Origin: Xanthobacteraceae bacterium
GTDB lineage: Bacteria; Pseudomonadota; Alphaproteobacteria; Rhizobiales; Xanthobacteraceae
Length of the DNA stretch: 64,000 nucleotides
Reading direction: 5' to 3'
Assembly: GCA_022841625.1 (NCBI GenBank)
Contig: JALHRD010000013.1
Location: 24,577 to 88,576, forward strand
A program made the translations under genes and the position numbers. Shown piece by piece: positions 37,786 to 48,192 of this stretch; position 1 is the stretch's first letter; each line of letters starts with the position of its first letter. The notes under the pieces are model-generated. The model did no database searches, was not told where the DNA came from, and saw only the letters and a program-made list of their open reading frames with translations.

Positions 37786-38619
37786 ATGACAGAGCGCCAC
37801 CGGCCGCGGGTCTACGACTGCTTTACGTTCTTCAACGAACTGGATGTTTTGGATATTAGGCTTGCTGAGCTTGATATGCTGGTGGATTATTTCGTGATCG
37901 TCGAGTCCACGCGAACGTTCACGGCAAAGCCAAAGCCGCTCTATTACGCCGAGAATCGGAAGCGGTACGATCGCTACGCCCACAAGATCATCCATGTGGT
38001 TGTAGACGACCTTCCCCTCGACGCTCCGACTCATTGGATCAGAGAATGGCATCAGCGCGACGCGATCTTGCGTGGCCTCAGCACCGCTCGTCCGGACGAT
38101 CGCATCATCGTTTCCGATTGCGATGAAATCCCAAAACCTGAAGCGTTGCGGCAAGCGCTGTTGCTTCGGGGCATGTCGCGCCGGATTGTGATGTTTTGGT
38201 GTGAAAACTATTTCTGCAAATTAAATCTACGCAATGACGCGCACGACCATCGCTTGGGTCCGTGCCTCCTAGCCATGAAAAATCTCAAGTCGCCGCAACG
38301 GTTGCGCGAGATTCCGTTTCGTTTCTCGAAGCGCCGCTACTTGCGAAAAGTGGCCGCGCCGGTTGCATGCTATCGGCTGTCCCGCCGTCTTCGAACGGCT
38401 CTTTGGCCAAAGATCTTCTGGAACGGTGCTTGGCATTTCACCTGCATCGGCGACGCGACCGCCGTCAATCTGAAGTTCTCATCATTTAGCCATGTCGATG
38501 AGATCGGGGAGTTCACGGACAAGGAATATCAAAATCTTCTGTCGACACTTAGGAAGCGCCCGCTTGTCGATTTGCCGCAGTCGATCCAGCAAGCGAAATT
38601 TGCCCACTTGATTGCGTAG
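37786..38619 (+). CDS. Glycosyltransferase family 17-like protein (bisecting GlcNAc-transferase fold)
   Basis: VYDCFTFFNELDVLDIRLAELDMLVDYFVIVESTRTFTAKPKPLYY, then W.REWHQRDAI and IIVSDCDEIPKP. These match my recollection of the GT17 signature (DCF.F.NE.D.L..RL.EL...VD.FV..E...TF.G..KPL, D.DEIP). Confidence 0.72.
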   Translation: MTERHRPRVYDCFTFFNELDVLDIRLAELDMLVDYFVIVESTRTFTAKPKPLYYAENRKRYDRYAHKIIHVVVDDLPLDAPTHWIREWHQRDAILRGLSTARPDDRIIVSDCDEIPKPEALRQALLLRGMSRRIVMFWCENYFCKLNLRNDAHDHRLGPCLLAMKNLKSPQRLREIPFRFSKRRYLRKVAAPVACYRLSRRLRTALWPKIFWNGAWHFTCIGDATAVNLKFSSFSHVDEIGEFTDKEYQNLLSTLRKRPLVDLPQSIQQAKFAHLIA

Positions 38620-38634
38620 GCGAAATTATATCGT

Positions 38635-38998
38635 TCGGGCGGTGACCCCGCGCGGCGGGTCTCCCAGCAACGCCAGAACGGGTTCAACGTGCGGTCGCCG
38701 CCGGTTCATCTGCCGGGATCGCTGCCCGATGGTTGCAGGCAGTTCGGACGTCCGCGCGAGGTCTGCTCGGTTATCGAGGCGGTCGGAAAGATCGCTCAGC
38801 TGGTTTAAGAGGTATGAAACGGTGTCGTGAGCCTTGTGATAGTGCTGCCGCAGTGTGCGAAGTTCGTTGGAGGTGTCGCCGTAGATGACGAACTCATCCG
38901 GCCGCTACGTCTGCGCGACATAACTGTCGAGCATCTCCCGGAGGAACCGCTCGGAGTTGTAGGCGCACATGGCGACGGCAATCGAAGACGAAAGCATG
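38635..38998 (-). pseudogene. Family-2 glycosyltransferase remnant with a frameshift and an in-frame TAG
   Basis: Own minus-strand translation from ATG 38998 gives MLSSSIAVAMCAYNSERFL. After a 1-nt shift in the CCCGGG run (about 38938-38941) it continues REMLDSYVAQT, then a stop (TAG, complement of cta at 38905-38907), then RPDEFVIYGDTSNELRTLRQHY. This is the GT2 N-terminal pattern (S...YN.E.FL...L.S...QT..P.E.I..DD.S.D.T...L..Y). The rest of the frame has no GT2 features. Confidence 0.5.
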
Positions 38999-39094
38999 CC
39001 CACCACTGGAATGACGCAAGTCAGCACGTTAACGTCGCACATCTGGCCGTTAACTTACATGGTGAGAGGGTGCGTCAGGGTTAGGAGCGCGGTC

Positions 39095-39352
39095 CTATGA
39101 ATAAGTGTATTTTCGCGCCCCTGCGCGATCTTTTCGCCCAGGCTCCGCATTTTCGTAGAGCTGGATGCACGCCTGGGCGGTTTGTTGGGATTCCTCGCAA
39201 CACAAAATGTCGATGTCGGCACGCCATCCTAAATAGGCGTCGACCTCGTCAGTGATCGTGACCGGGACGCCGTGCGCTGCGGCTTCGGGAATCTTGACCG
39301 GTACGCAATAGCTAACGCGGTTGGCGGCGACGAGCGCGCGCTGCCAGGTCAC
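39095..39352 (-). pseudogene. C-terminal fragment of a GT-B (GT4-like) glycosyltransferase
   Basis: The 85-aa ORF reads ...VKIPEAAAHGVPVTITDEVDAYLG....ILCCEESQQTAQACIQLYENAE. This resembles the last roughly 80 residues of GT4 enzymes (..EA.A.G.PV..T........G.........LA..I..L..N). No N-terminal domain is present upstream. Confidence 0.4.
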
Positions 39353-39480
39353 CGGCGGCCAGCGGCCGTGGTCGCGTCAAGGCCGGTCTTGACGCAGGTT
39401 ATGTTGACGTTCGGCGCGCCTCTTGTGAGGACAAGAGAAAGCCATTTCAATAGGTTCCGCGAAAGGAGAACATAAGCAAG

Positions 39481-40239
39481 ATGGTTGCCAGTGGTCCCAC
39501 CCCTCGCCGAGTCGTCTATACGGCGATTTATGGTGGGTTTGATCGGCCTAAGCCTCATGCGGCGTTGCCCGGTGTTGATTTTCTTTGCTTTACGGACAAT
39601 CCAAATCTCAGCCATCCGGACTGGGAGGTCTGCTACGAGCCGTCACGCTACCCGCATCCGAGGATGGCGGCCAAATTCCATAAGCTGGTCGGTCACGAGC
39701 GACTTGCGGGATACGACCAAAGCGTTTGGATCGATGGGTCAGTGGAACTTCACGACGGGCATTTTGTCGAACTTGCGACTTCGTATTTGCGGCACAGCAG
39801 CCTTGCGATGTTCGCGCACCCATGGCGCTGCGATATTTTTCAGGAACTCGACGCTTCGCTCAAATTGGAGAAATATAAGGGTCTCCCGCTACGCGAGCAG
39901 GTCGAGTATTACCACAAGCAAGGCTTCAACTCCGACAACGGTCTATACCATTGCGGGGTTCTGATCCGGGATCTGCGCGACCCTTTCCTTACGACGTTGG
40001 GGCAGGCCTGGATGCAGGAAAACCTCGATTGGACGTATCAGGATCAGATCAGCTTTCCTTACGTCATCTGGCGGCATGATTTTCGCCCGGCAGTCCTGCC
40101 GTATCCAGCGATCGGCAATCGATGGATTGAATGGCACCCGCACGAACGCGAGGAACGCAGGAAGAAAACGCTGTTCTCTCGAACGCGCGACGAATTGTTG
40201 CGATTCCACCAGCGCATGGCCAATGCCAGATCAAGGTAG
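39481..40239 (+). CDS. DUF616 / TOD1-MUCI70-like glycosyltransferase-domain protein
   Basis: The ATG follows AAAGGAG. VVYTAIYGGFD, FLCFTD and K......L......S.WIDGS fit my recollection of the DUF616 N-terminal signature (IYT.I.GGYD). Confidence 0.65.
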   Translation: MVASGPTPRRVVYTAIYGGFDRPKPHAALPGVDFLCFTDNPNLSHPDWEVCYEPSRYPHPRMAAKFHKLVGHERLAGYDQSVWIDGSVELHDGHFVELATSYLRHSSLAMFAHPWRCDIFQELDASLKLEKYKGLPLREQVEYYHKQGFNSDNGLYHCGVLIRDLRDPFLTTLGQAWMQENLDWTYQDQISFPYVIWRHDFRPAVLPYPAIGNRWIEWHPHEREERRKKTLFSRTRDELLRFHQRMANARSR

Positions 40240-40972
40240 TACCTTCGTGACCCAGCCGCCCCCCGATCTCTTGGAAAATTACAGCGGGACGTTTCATCGC
40301 GCGATCAAGGAAGGATCCCTTCGCAGCGCGCGCCGCACATGGCCAGTTGTTCTTGCGGGGGCGACAGCACCGGCCAGCGCCGTCGATATCGGTTGCGGAC
40401 TGGGAACGTGGCTTGCCGCGCTACGTGAAATCGTCCCGGGGTGCGAGGTTACCGGCGTAGACCATCCGGGAGTCGTCAAGTCGGATCTGTTGATCCCATC
40501 GGAGCGGTTCATTGGCCGCGACTTGACGAAGCCCATAGAACTTGGGCGACGATTTGATCTTTGTCTGTCGCTTGAGGTAGCCGAGCACTTGGCACCGGAA
40601 CACAGCTTGGGATTTGTACGGTCACTCGCTGATCAGTCCGACAACATCCTTTTTTCGGCTGCTGTGCCGGGTCAGGGCGGAGAATCTCATTTGAACGAGC
40701 AATGGCCATCCTATTGGATTGGACTCTTCTCCAGTCATGGGTATCGCTGCTTTGATTTCATTCGCCCGAACATCTGGAAGGACCGGCAAATCGAATGTTG
40801 CTATCGCCAAAACATTCTATTTTTCACCAAACAGGACATTCATCTTGAATCCGTTCAGCAGAATTGGCACGGCGCCGATATTGTGCATCCTGAGATGTTC
40901 ATTATCCACCACAGGAGCACGTTGCCGCGAACGGCAAAAAACTTGTTCCGGTTCCTTGCGAAGCGGCTTTGA
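40223..40972 (+). CDS. Class I SAM-dependent methyltransferase (Methyltransf_11/23-like), island MT2
   Basis: The start at ATG 40223 overlaps the end of the preceding gene by 17 nt. Motif I is AVDIGCGLGTWLAAL, followed by FDLCLSLEVAEHL. Confidence 0.72.
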   Translation: MPDQGSTFVTQPPPDLLENYSGTFHRAIKEGSLRSARRTWPVVLAGATAPASAVDIGCGLGTWLAALREIVPGCEVTGVDHPGVVKSDLLIPSERFIGRDLTKPIELGRRFDLCLSLEVAEHLAPEHSLGFVRSLADQSDNILFSAAVPGQGGESHLNEQWPSYWIGLFSSHGYRCFDFIRPNIWKDRQIECCYRQNILFFTKQDIHLESVQQNWHGADIVHPEMFIIHHRSTLPRTAKNLFRFLAKRL

Positions 40973-41034
40973 GATGCCAACGACGCTTGCCGATTCGGCG
41001 CCTGCTTGCAAATAGACGATCTGGGAGTCTTGAG

Positions 41035-41862
41035 ATGTATGATTGGCGCAATTCTCCTCATGAATTATCGGAACTCGCAGACCTGTTTCCAATTCCCTCG
41101 CAAACGTCGATCAATGATAAGCTGTTTTTACTTGGATCAATTCGATTGGCTCGCGACACCGGGGCGTATGCATACCTCGAAATCGGCTCTCTGCTCGGCG
41201 GAAGCCTTACACCATTCTTGAAGGACCCGGCTTGCAAGTTGGTGCTGTCGGTCGATGACAGGGGGAGGGTGCAGCCGGACGAGCGCGGGACCAGCTACGA
41301 CTATTCCGGTATTACGACTCAGTCGATGCTGGACGAACTAAATCGTTGCAGGATAGGAACTGAAAAGTTGCGGACGTTTGACGGGTCCATCCACGCGTTG
41401 CCCGACAATTACGACGGCGCGTTCGACATGGCGCTCCTAGACGGCGAGCATACGGACGAAGCGTGCTTTCGCGACTTTCTCTGGACGCTTCCCCTGATGA
41501 AGTCCGACGCCGCGATAATGTTTCACGATAGCACCTTGGTCTATAAGTCGTTGAAATTGATTATGGTGTATCTCGACAAAGCGAAGATTGAATATTCGTT
41601 CTTTAAACGGGCGAACTCAGAGATGTCGATCCTTGTTTTGGGAGAATACGCCCGTAGGGACATTGCCCAATATGTCGGACCCCAGGAAGATCCGGCGACT
41701 TTTTTCGCGGGTGCCGAAGCGCTCATGATCAAGTGTCAGTATGAGAACCGCGCGCGATTGCGCTTCGCTCCGGCCAAGTTGTTGAAGCTGAAAATTCCCG
41801 TCGCCGTCGATATCGAGACTCCGAAAGTAGAGAAAATTCATTTGGCTAGATCGATCGCTTGA
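41035..41862 (+). CDS. Class I SAM-dependent methyltransferase (Methyltransf_24-like), island MT3
   Basis: The start at ATG 41035 follows GGGAG. Motifs YLEIGSLLGGSLTPFL, FDMALLDGEHTDEACFRDF and AAIMFHD. Confidence 0.68.
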   Translation: MYDWRNSPHELSELADLFPIPSQTSINDKLFLLGSIRLARDTGAYAYLEIGSLLGGSLTPFLKDPACKLVLSVDDRGRVQPDERGTSYDYSGITTQSMLDELNRCRIGTEKLRTFDGSIHALPDNYDGAFDMALLDGEHTDEACFRDFLWTLPLMKSDAAIMFHDSTLVYKSLKLIMVYLDKAKIEYSFFKRANSEMSILVLGEYARRDIAQYVGPQEDPATFFAGAEALMIKCQYENRARLRFAPAKLLKLKIPVAVDIETPKVEKIHLARSIA

Positions 41863-41926
41863 GCCGCCGTTACTTTGCCCATTCGCCATGCTATCGAACC
41901 GGGAGCGAAGACTCAAGGAGAGCTGA

Positions 41927-42832
41927 ATGGGGATCGATATTCCGTCAATGCAATTCCTGTGCTGTGCAAGGAGCATCGGTGTCGATTTCTCGGAAACGAT
42001 GACGGTCGGGCGACAGACCGTGGTGGGAACGCCGGACGCCGTCGCTTCGGTCCTAAGCGCGATCAAAATTCCGCGCGAACAAGCCTCCGCTATCTCGAAC
42101 GGTCAGTTTGCTGAACCGCTTTTTACCCTTCTTGGCGCAAGGCAGGTTTCGTCAGTGGATGCGTCCGACTATGAGCAGGCGACCCACGTTCATGACTTTA
42201 ACCAGCCGATACCGGCGACTCTGGTAAATCGATTCTCCGTCGTTCACGATGGCGGGACCATCGAGCATGTCTTCAATGTCCCGCAGGCGTTCAAGAACTG
42301 CATGGAGATGGTTCGCGTGGGCGGTCATTTCATCCAAGTTAATGTTGCCAATAACTGCATGGGGCACGGGTTCTGGCAATTCTGTCCGGAATTGATCTAC
42401 CGCATATTTTCGCGAGAGAACGGATTTCAAATCAAGGCCGTCTTGTTGCACGAGTTGAACACGGGTGTGAGCGGAGCGTCACGCGGCAGATGGTACAAGG
42501 TCGATGATCCTGCCGCCGATCACAACCAAGTCGCACTGATCAACCGTCGGACCACATACATCTGTACGATCGCGCAGCGCGTGGCGGAGGCCAAGATTTT
42601 CTCACGTTTTCCTCAGCAGTCGAATTACGTCGAAGCCTGGAAACAAGCGCGCGAACCGCGTTCGCAGTCCCCAAACAAACGGCGGGAGATGATCCGAGGG
42701 ATGATCCCGCGTCCCGTCAGGAATTTGACTCGCTGGGGTCGCGTCACCATTCGAAAGGCGCGCAATCCGTTTAACCGCCCGTACTATCACCGCATCGCCG
42801 CCGACGACGTCGTGCGCGGCCGGATTGATTGA
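41927..42832 (+). CDS. Probable class I methyltransferase-fold protein with a weak motif I, island MT4
   Basis: The ATG follows AAGGAGAG. FSVVHDGGTIEHVFNVPQAFKNCMEMVRVGGHFI is a typical post-I/II methyltransferase stretch. The N-terminal MTVGRQ resembles O-antigen-cluster methyltransferases. No clear GxGxG motif is present. Confidence 0.5.
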   Translation: MGIDIPSMQFLCCARSIGVDFSETMTVGRQTVVGTPDAVASVLSAIKIPREQASAISNGQFAEPLFTLLGARQVSSVDASDYEQATHVHDFNQPIPATLVNRFSVVHDGGTIEHVFNVPQAFKNCMEMVRVGGHFIQVNVANNCMGHGFWQFCPELIYRIFSRENGFQIKAVLLHELNTGVSGASRGRWYKVDDPAADHNQVALINRRTTYICTIAQRVAEAKIFSRFPQQSNYVEAWKQAREPRSQSPNKRREMIRGMIPRPVRNLTRWGRVTIRKARNPFNRPYYHRIAADDVVRGRID

Positions 42833-42966
42833 TCCAGAGCACGGAATTAACGGGCTGGCTTGGGGTTTGCTTGCCGCGCGCCGCCGTAGGGTTGCTGTCG
42901 GCCGCCATTCGTCCCGCGCTGTCTATGTTGGCTGTACCTTGGCCGTGTTCGCCGGACGCAAGCCCG

Positions 42967-43782
42967 TTAACTGCCCATCTGGACGTGAAACGGCCTGCGG
43001 ATCGGGCGCTTCTCGATTACGACGACATCGAGATAGAAAAATATGCCGTAGGTCGTTTCGGCAAACGGCATGGCGGCGGCTTGTGCTTCACCGTCCAGGT
43101 ACCATCCCTGCAATCGGTCAATCAGCGTCTTCGTATGCTCGGCGAACGTACCCGAGCGACCCAAACCGCCTTCGTGCGTCGGCCAGTAGGAACAGTGCAA
43201 GTCTTCGCAGACATAGATGCCGCGCTCCGAAATTCGGGGATAGAGATATTCGAAGGTGGGAATCTGATGTCGGCCGAGATGGCTGCCGTCATCGATCACC
43301 AGATCGATCGCTCCGCCGAGGCGCTCGATGGCGGCGCTGAGCACCGCGGGGTCGGATTGGTCGCCGATGATCACCGTGTTCTCGGGATCGACGCGTTGCG
43401 CACATTCGGGGTCAATGTCGATGCCAACGATGCGTGCCCGCGGTCCAAAATACTTTCGCCAGACTTCAAGCGAACCGCCGCGGCTCACGCCAAGTTCCAA
43501 AATGCGCAACGGCTCCTCTTGTTGCCGCAGTGGTTCGAAGTGTCGTTCATAGATTTCGAGATAGTGATGCCATTTCTGAGCGATGCGTCCCCGATGCCCG
43601 TAGAAAAGTGCTTCTAACGCGCCGGCTGGCTGGACCAGTCTGCGCGCATCGTCGGGCGACCGGCTCCATGCGTCGGCGGGGTCGGTCTGACGCTCCTTCC
43701 CGCGTATGCGATCGATAACGGCCTGAATCTTGCGTCCGAAGGAGACACTCATGTGAGCTTTGAAGGGCTGGTATGAATACAC
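42967..43782 (-). CDS. Class I SAM-dependent methyltransferase, CmcI / sugar O-methyltransferase-like, island MT5
   Basis: KWHHYLEIYERHF, ILELGVSRGGSLEVWRKYFG, IVGIDIDP and LVIDDGSH. A GTG start lies at 43782 and an alternative ATG at 43752. Confidence 0.72.
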   Translation of the reverse strand: MYSYQPFKAHMSVSFGRKIQAVIDRIRGKERQTDPADAWSRSPDDARRLVQPAGALEALFYGHRGRIAQKWHHYLEIYERHFEPLRQQEEPLRILELGVSRGGSLEVWRKYFGPRARIVGIDIDPECAQRVDPENTVIIGDQSDPAVLSAAIERLGGAIDLVIDDGSHLGRHQIPTFEYLYPRISERGIYVCEDLHCSYWPTHEGGLGRSGTFAEHTKTLIDRLQGWYLDGEAQAAAMPFAETTYGIFFYLDVVVIEKRPIRRPFHVQMGS

Positions 43783-43951
43783 GACGGAACGGGCATATCT
43801 TGCCGATCATTTTGACACCGGTGGTCGGGATGCGCCAGTAGGGATGCAATTTCACATTCACGTCTCCTCACCCAGTGAGTAAAGTGAGGCCGATGATGGA
43901 GCTGCTCTCGCCCTCTCATCAAAGCACCGTCATAAGCAATTCATTGCGATC

Positions 43952-45193
43952 ATGACCACCGCCACTAACACACGGACCGACATCCTCATCGCCGGCGCGG
44001 GCTTTGCCGGGCTGGCGCTGGCGATTGCGCTCAAGCAGGCGCTGGGGGCGTCGTTTGCGGTGGTGGTCGCCGATCCAGCGCTGGCGCGTAGCGGTGACGA
44101 TCCGCGCGCCTCGGCGATTGTGGCGGCCGCGCGCCGGCTGTTCGAGACCCTCGGGGTGTGGCACGAGATCGCGCCCCGCGCCCAGCCGATCCTGGACATG
44201 GCGGTCACCGACAGCCGGCTCAACGACGCCATGCGGCCGACCTTCCTGACCTTCGACGGCGAAGTCGCGCCGGACGAGCCGTTCGCGCATATGGTCGAGA
44301 ACGACCCGTTGCTAAAGGCGCTGTTGGCGAAGGCACGGGCGGAAAATGTCACATTGCTGAACACCGCCGTTGCCGATTTTGCGGCTGCGCCGGATCGCAT
44401 CGCGGTTCACCTTCGTGACGGCACAACGCACGCCGCCCGCTTATTGGTGGCGGCCGATGGCGCACGCTCGTCAATCCGCGAACGCGCCGGCATCGCAACC
44501 CACGGCTGGGATTACGCCCAATCGAGCATCGTGACCACAGTGCGGCACGAACGCGATCACCACGGCCGTGCCGAAGAGCATTTCTTGCCGGCCGGGCCGT
44601 TTGCGATCCTGCCGCTCAAGCGCGACGCCACGGGGCACCGTTCGTCCATCGTCTGGACCGAAGCATCGGCCGAGGCCGAGCGCATCGTCGCGCTGGACGA
44701 CGCGGGGTTTCACGCTGAACTCGAAAAGCGCTTCGGGCTGCGTCTGGGTGAGATCGAAGCGGTCGGGCCGCGCCGTGCTTTCCCGCTGGGGCTGTCGGTT
44801 GCGCGTAGTTTCGTCGCCGAACGCATCGCGCTGATTGGCGACGCCGCGCATGTGATCCATCCGATCGCGGGGCAGGGGCTCAATATGGGTCTCAAGGATG
44901 TCGCGGCGCTGGCCGAGGCGATTGTCGATGCGGCGCGGCTTGGGCTCGACCCGGGATCGCCGGTGACGCTCGATCGCTACCAGCGCTGGCGGCGCTTCGA
45001 CACCATGGTGATGGGCGTCGCCACCGATGGACTGAACCGGCTGTTCTCAAACCATTCGGATGCGCTGCGGCTTGCGCGCGATGTTGGATTGGGCTTGGTC
45101 GATCGCCTGCCGGCGCTTAAGCAATTGTTCATTCGCGAGGCTGCCGGGCTTGCCGGTGAGGTGCCGAAGCTGCTCAGGGGCGAGGCGCTATAA
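43952..45193 (+). CDS. UbiH/UbiF/VisC/COQ6-family FAD-dependent hydroxylase (ubiquinone biosynthesis type)
   Basis: 413 aa with DILIAGAGFAGLALA, LLVAADGARS and LIGDAAHVIHPIAGQGLNMGLKD. Confidence 0.87.
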   Translation: MTTATNTRTDILIAGAGFAGLALAIALKQALGASFAVVVADPALARSGDDPRASAIVAAARRLFETLGVWHEIAPRAQPILDMAVTDSRLNDAMRPTFLTFDGEVAPDEPFAHMVENDPLLKALLAKARAENVTLLNTAVADFAAAPDRIAVHLRDGTTHAARLLVAADGARSSIRERAGIATHGWDYAQSSIVTTVRHERDHHGRAEEHFLPAGPFAILPLKRDATGHRSSIVWTEASAEAERIVALDDAGFHAELEKRFGLRLGEIEAVGPRRAFPLGLSVARSFVAERIALIGDAAHVIHPIAGQGLNMGLKDVAALAEAIVDAARLGLDPGSPVTLDRYQRWRRFDTMVMGVATDGLNRLFSNHSDALRLARDVGLGLVDRLPALKQLFIREAAGLAGEVPKLLRGEAL

Positions 45194-45196
45194 GCC

Positions 45197-45829
45197 TCAG
45201 GTAAACGGCACCGGCAGGATTTGCTCCCTGAACGCCTTGCGCTGTTCGAGGCCGAGGAACCAGCGTTCGACATTGTCGAGCCCGAGCCCCTGCCGGTCCG
45301 GCACCAGCTTGCGATAGCGATAGGCGATCAATCCGACCGGAATGTCGCCCATCGAAAACGCACTGCCGGCAACGAAGGCGGTCTTGCCGAGCTGGGCGTC
45401 GAGCATTCGCAGGGCTTCGGTAGTCTTCTCGCGCGCTTCGTCGATGTGCTTGTGGTCGCGTTTTTCCGGCGGGGTGCGGATCAGGCCCCAGAACAGGCCA
45501 TGGATCGCCGGCGCGCAAACCGTGAGCATCCAGTCCATCCACTGGCTGGCGCGGGCGCGCTCTTGCAGGCTTTGAGGCTCGAGTGTGCCGGCGCCATATT
45601 TGGCGGCGAGATAGCGCACGATCGAGTTGGATTCCCACAGCGTAAAGCCGTCGTCTTCTTCCAGCGTCGGAACCAGCGAGTTGGGGTTCATCGCCAGATA
45701 GAATGGCTCCTTGGTGCGGCCGAAAGCGCCACCGACATCGATGCGTTCGTGCGGGAGATTAAGCTCGCCGATCGCCCACATCACCTTCTGCACATTGATC
45801 GAAGTGTTCCGTCCCCAGATCTTCAGCAT
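45197..45829 (-). CDS. Glutathione S-transferase
   Basis: 210 aa. It has an N-terminal thioredoxin-like domain (VPTLEEDDGFTLWESNSIVRYLA) and a helical C-terminal domain. Confidence 0.87.
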   Translation of the reverse strand: MLKIWGRNTSINVQKVMWAIGELNLPHERIDVGGAFGRTKEPFYLAMNPNSLVPTLEEDDGFTLWESNSIVRYLAAKYGAGTLEPQSLQERARASQWMDWMLTVCAPAIHGLFWGLIRTPPEKRDHKHIDEAREKTTEALRMLDAQLGKTAFVAGSAFSMGDIPVGLIAYRYRKLVPDRQGLGLDNVERWFLGLEQRKAFREQILPVPFT

Positions 45830-45845
45830 GATTGTCTCCGCGCCA

Positions 45846-46049
45846 CTAATCCAGCCGGCGGGCTTCTTCGGGCAGCATGATCGGAATTCCGTCGCGGATT
45901 GGGTAGGCGAGCTTGGCGGAGCGTGAGATCAACTCCTGCCGGGCGCTATCATATTCCAACGGCCCCTTACTCACGGGGCAGACCAGAATCTCCAGTAGCT
46001 TCGGGTCGACGCCGCCGCCGGTGGGGCGATCGGATGTTGCTTCGGTCAT
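45846..46049 (-). CDS. Trm112-family small protein (UPF0434/YcaR-like)
   Basis: [17 protein letters not shown]....[25 protein letters not shown]. The start was set at ATG 46049 with GGAG 8 nt upstream. The ORF-track start is 46070. Confidence 0.75.
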   Translation of the reverse strand: MTEATSDRPTGGGVDPKLLEILVCPVSKGPLEYDSARQELISRSAKLAYPIRDGIPIMLPEEARRLD

Positions 46050-46088
46050 TACACACTCCAATAAATACAAGCAGATGCGTGCAACGGG

Positions 46089-46367
46089 TCAGCGTCGGCG
46101 GACGCTCTGCTGACGGCGGGTTGGGGGCGAGCCCATCGGGCGGTTGGTGTCCTTGTGGCGGAAATTGATTCGGCCGCGGTTGAGGTCGTAGGGCGAGACC
46201 TCAATCACCACCCGGTCGCCAACGCCGGTGCGGATGCGGAATTTGCGCATCTTGCCGGACATGTAAGCCAACAGCTCGTGATCGTTATCGAGCCGGACGC
46301 GGAAATTGCCGTCCGGCAAGACTTCGGTCACGGTGCCGTCGAACTCAAGCAAGTCTTCTTTCGACAT
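46089..46367 (-). CDS. infA: Translation initiation factor IF-1 with a basic C-terminal extension
   Basis: 92 aa. The S1/OB core is [66 protein letters not shown]. It is followed by about 20 extra residues ([20 protein letters not shown]). Confidence 0.87.
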   Translation of the reverse strand: MSKEDLLEFDGTVTEVLPDGNFRVRLDNDHELLAYMSGKMRKFRIRTGVGDRVVIEVSPYDLNRGRINFRHKDTNRPMGSPPTRRQQSVRRR

Positions 46368-46387
46368 GGTTCGGTTCTCCCATCCCG

Positions 46388-47893
<1,506 letters not shown>

Positions 47894-48192
47894 CTGATAA
47901 TCTTTCGTAAAGCGAGGCCGGCCTGCGCCACCGATGTCGGATTATCCGAAATCGGCAAAACGACGGCGGCCGCCATCGCGGGGAGATTGGACACCCCGCG
48001 TGTCTGGGCTGTCGATGAATGTGCTGGATGCGAAGGGTCGAAGACCAGGACGTGGAATTCGTTCACGCGACCCATATGCGGCCGACTAGCGGCCAAATCG
48101 CTCTCAACGCCATTCACATAGCGGTCTAATGCGGAGAATTCAAGGCCATTGCGGGCCACATGGCTAACGGCCGGTAACGTATGTCAGGCGTG

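Noticed and set aside
38612-39084. Plus-strand ORFs 38612-38830 and 38827-39084 in the island gap
   Set aside because: They are short and featureless. They are better explained as shadows of the decayed minus-strand GT2 gene.
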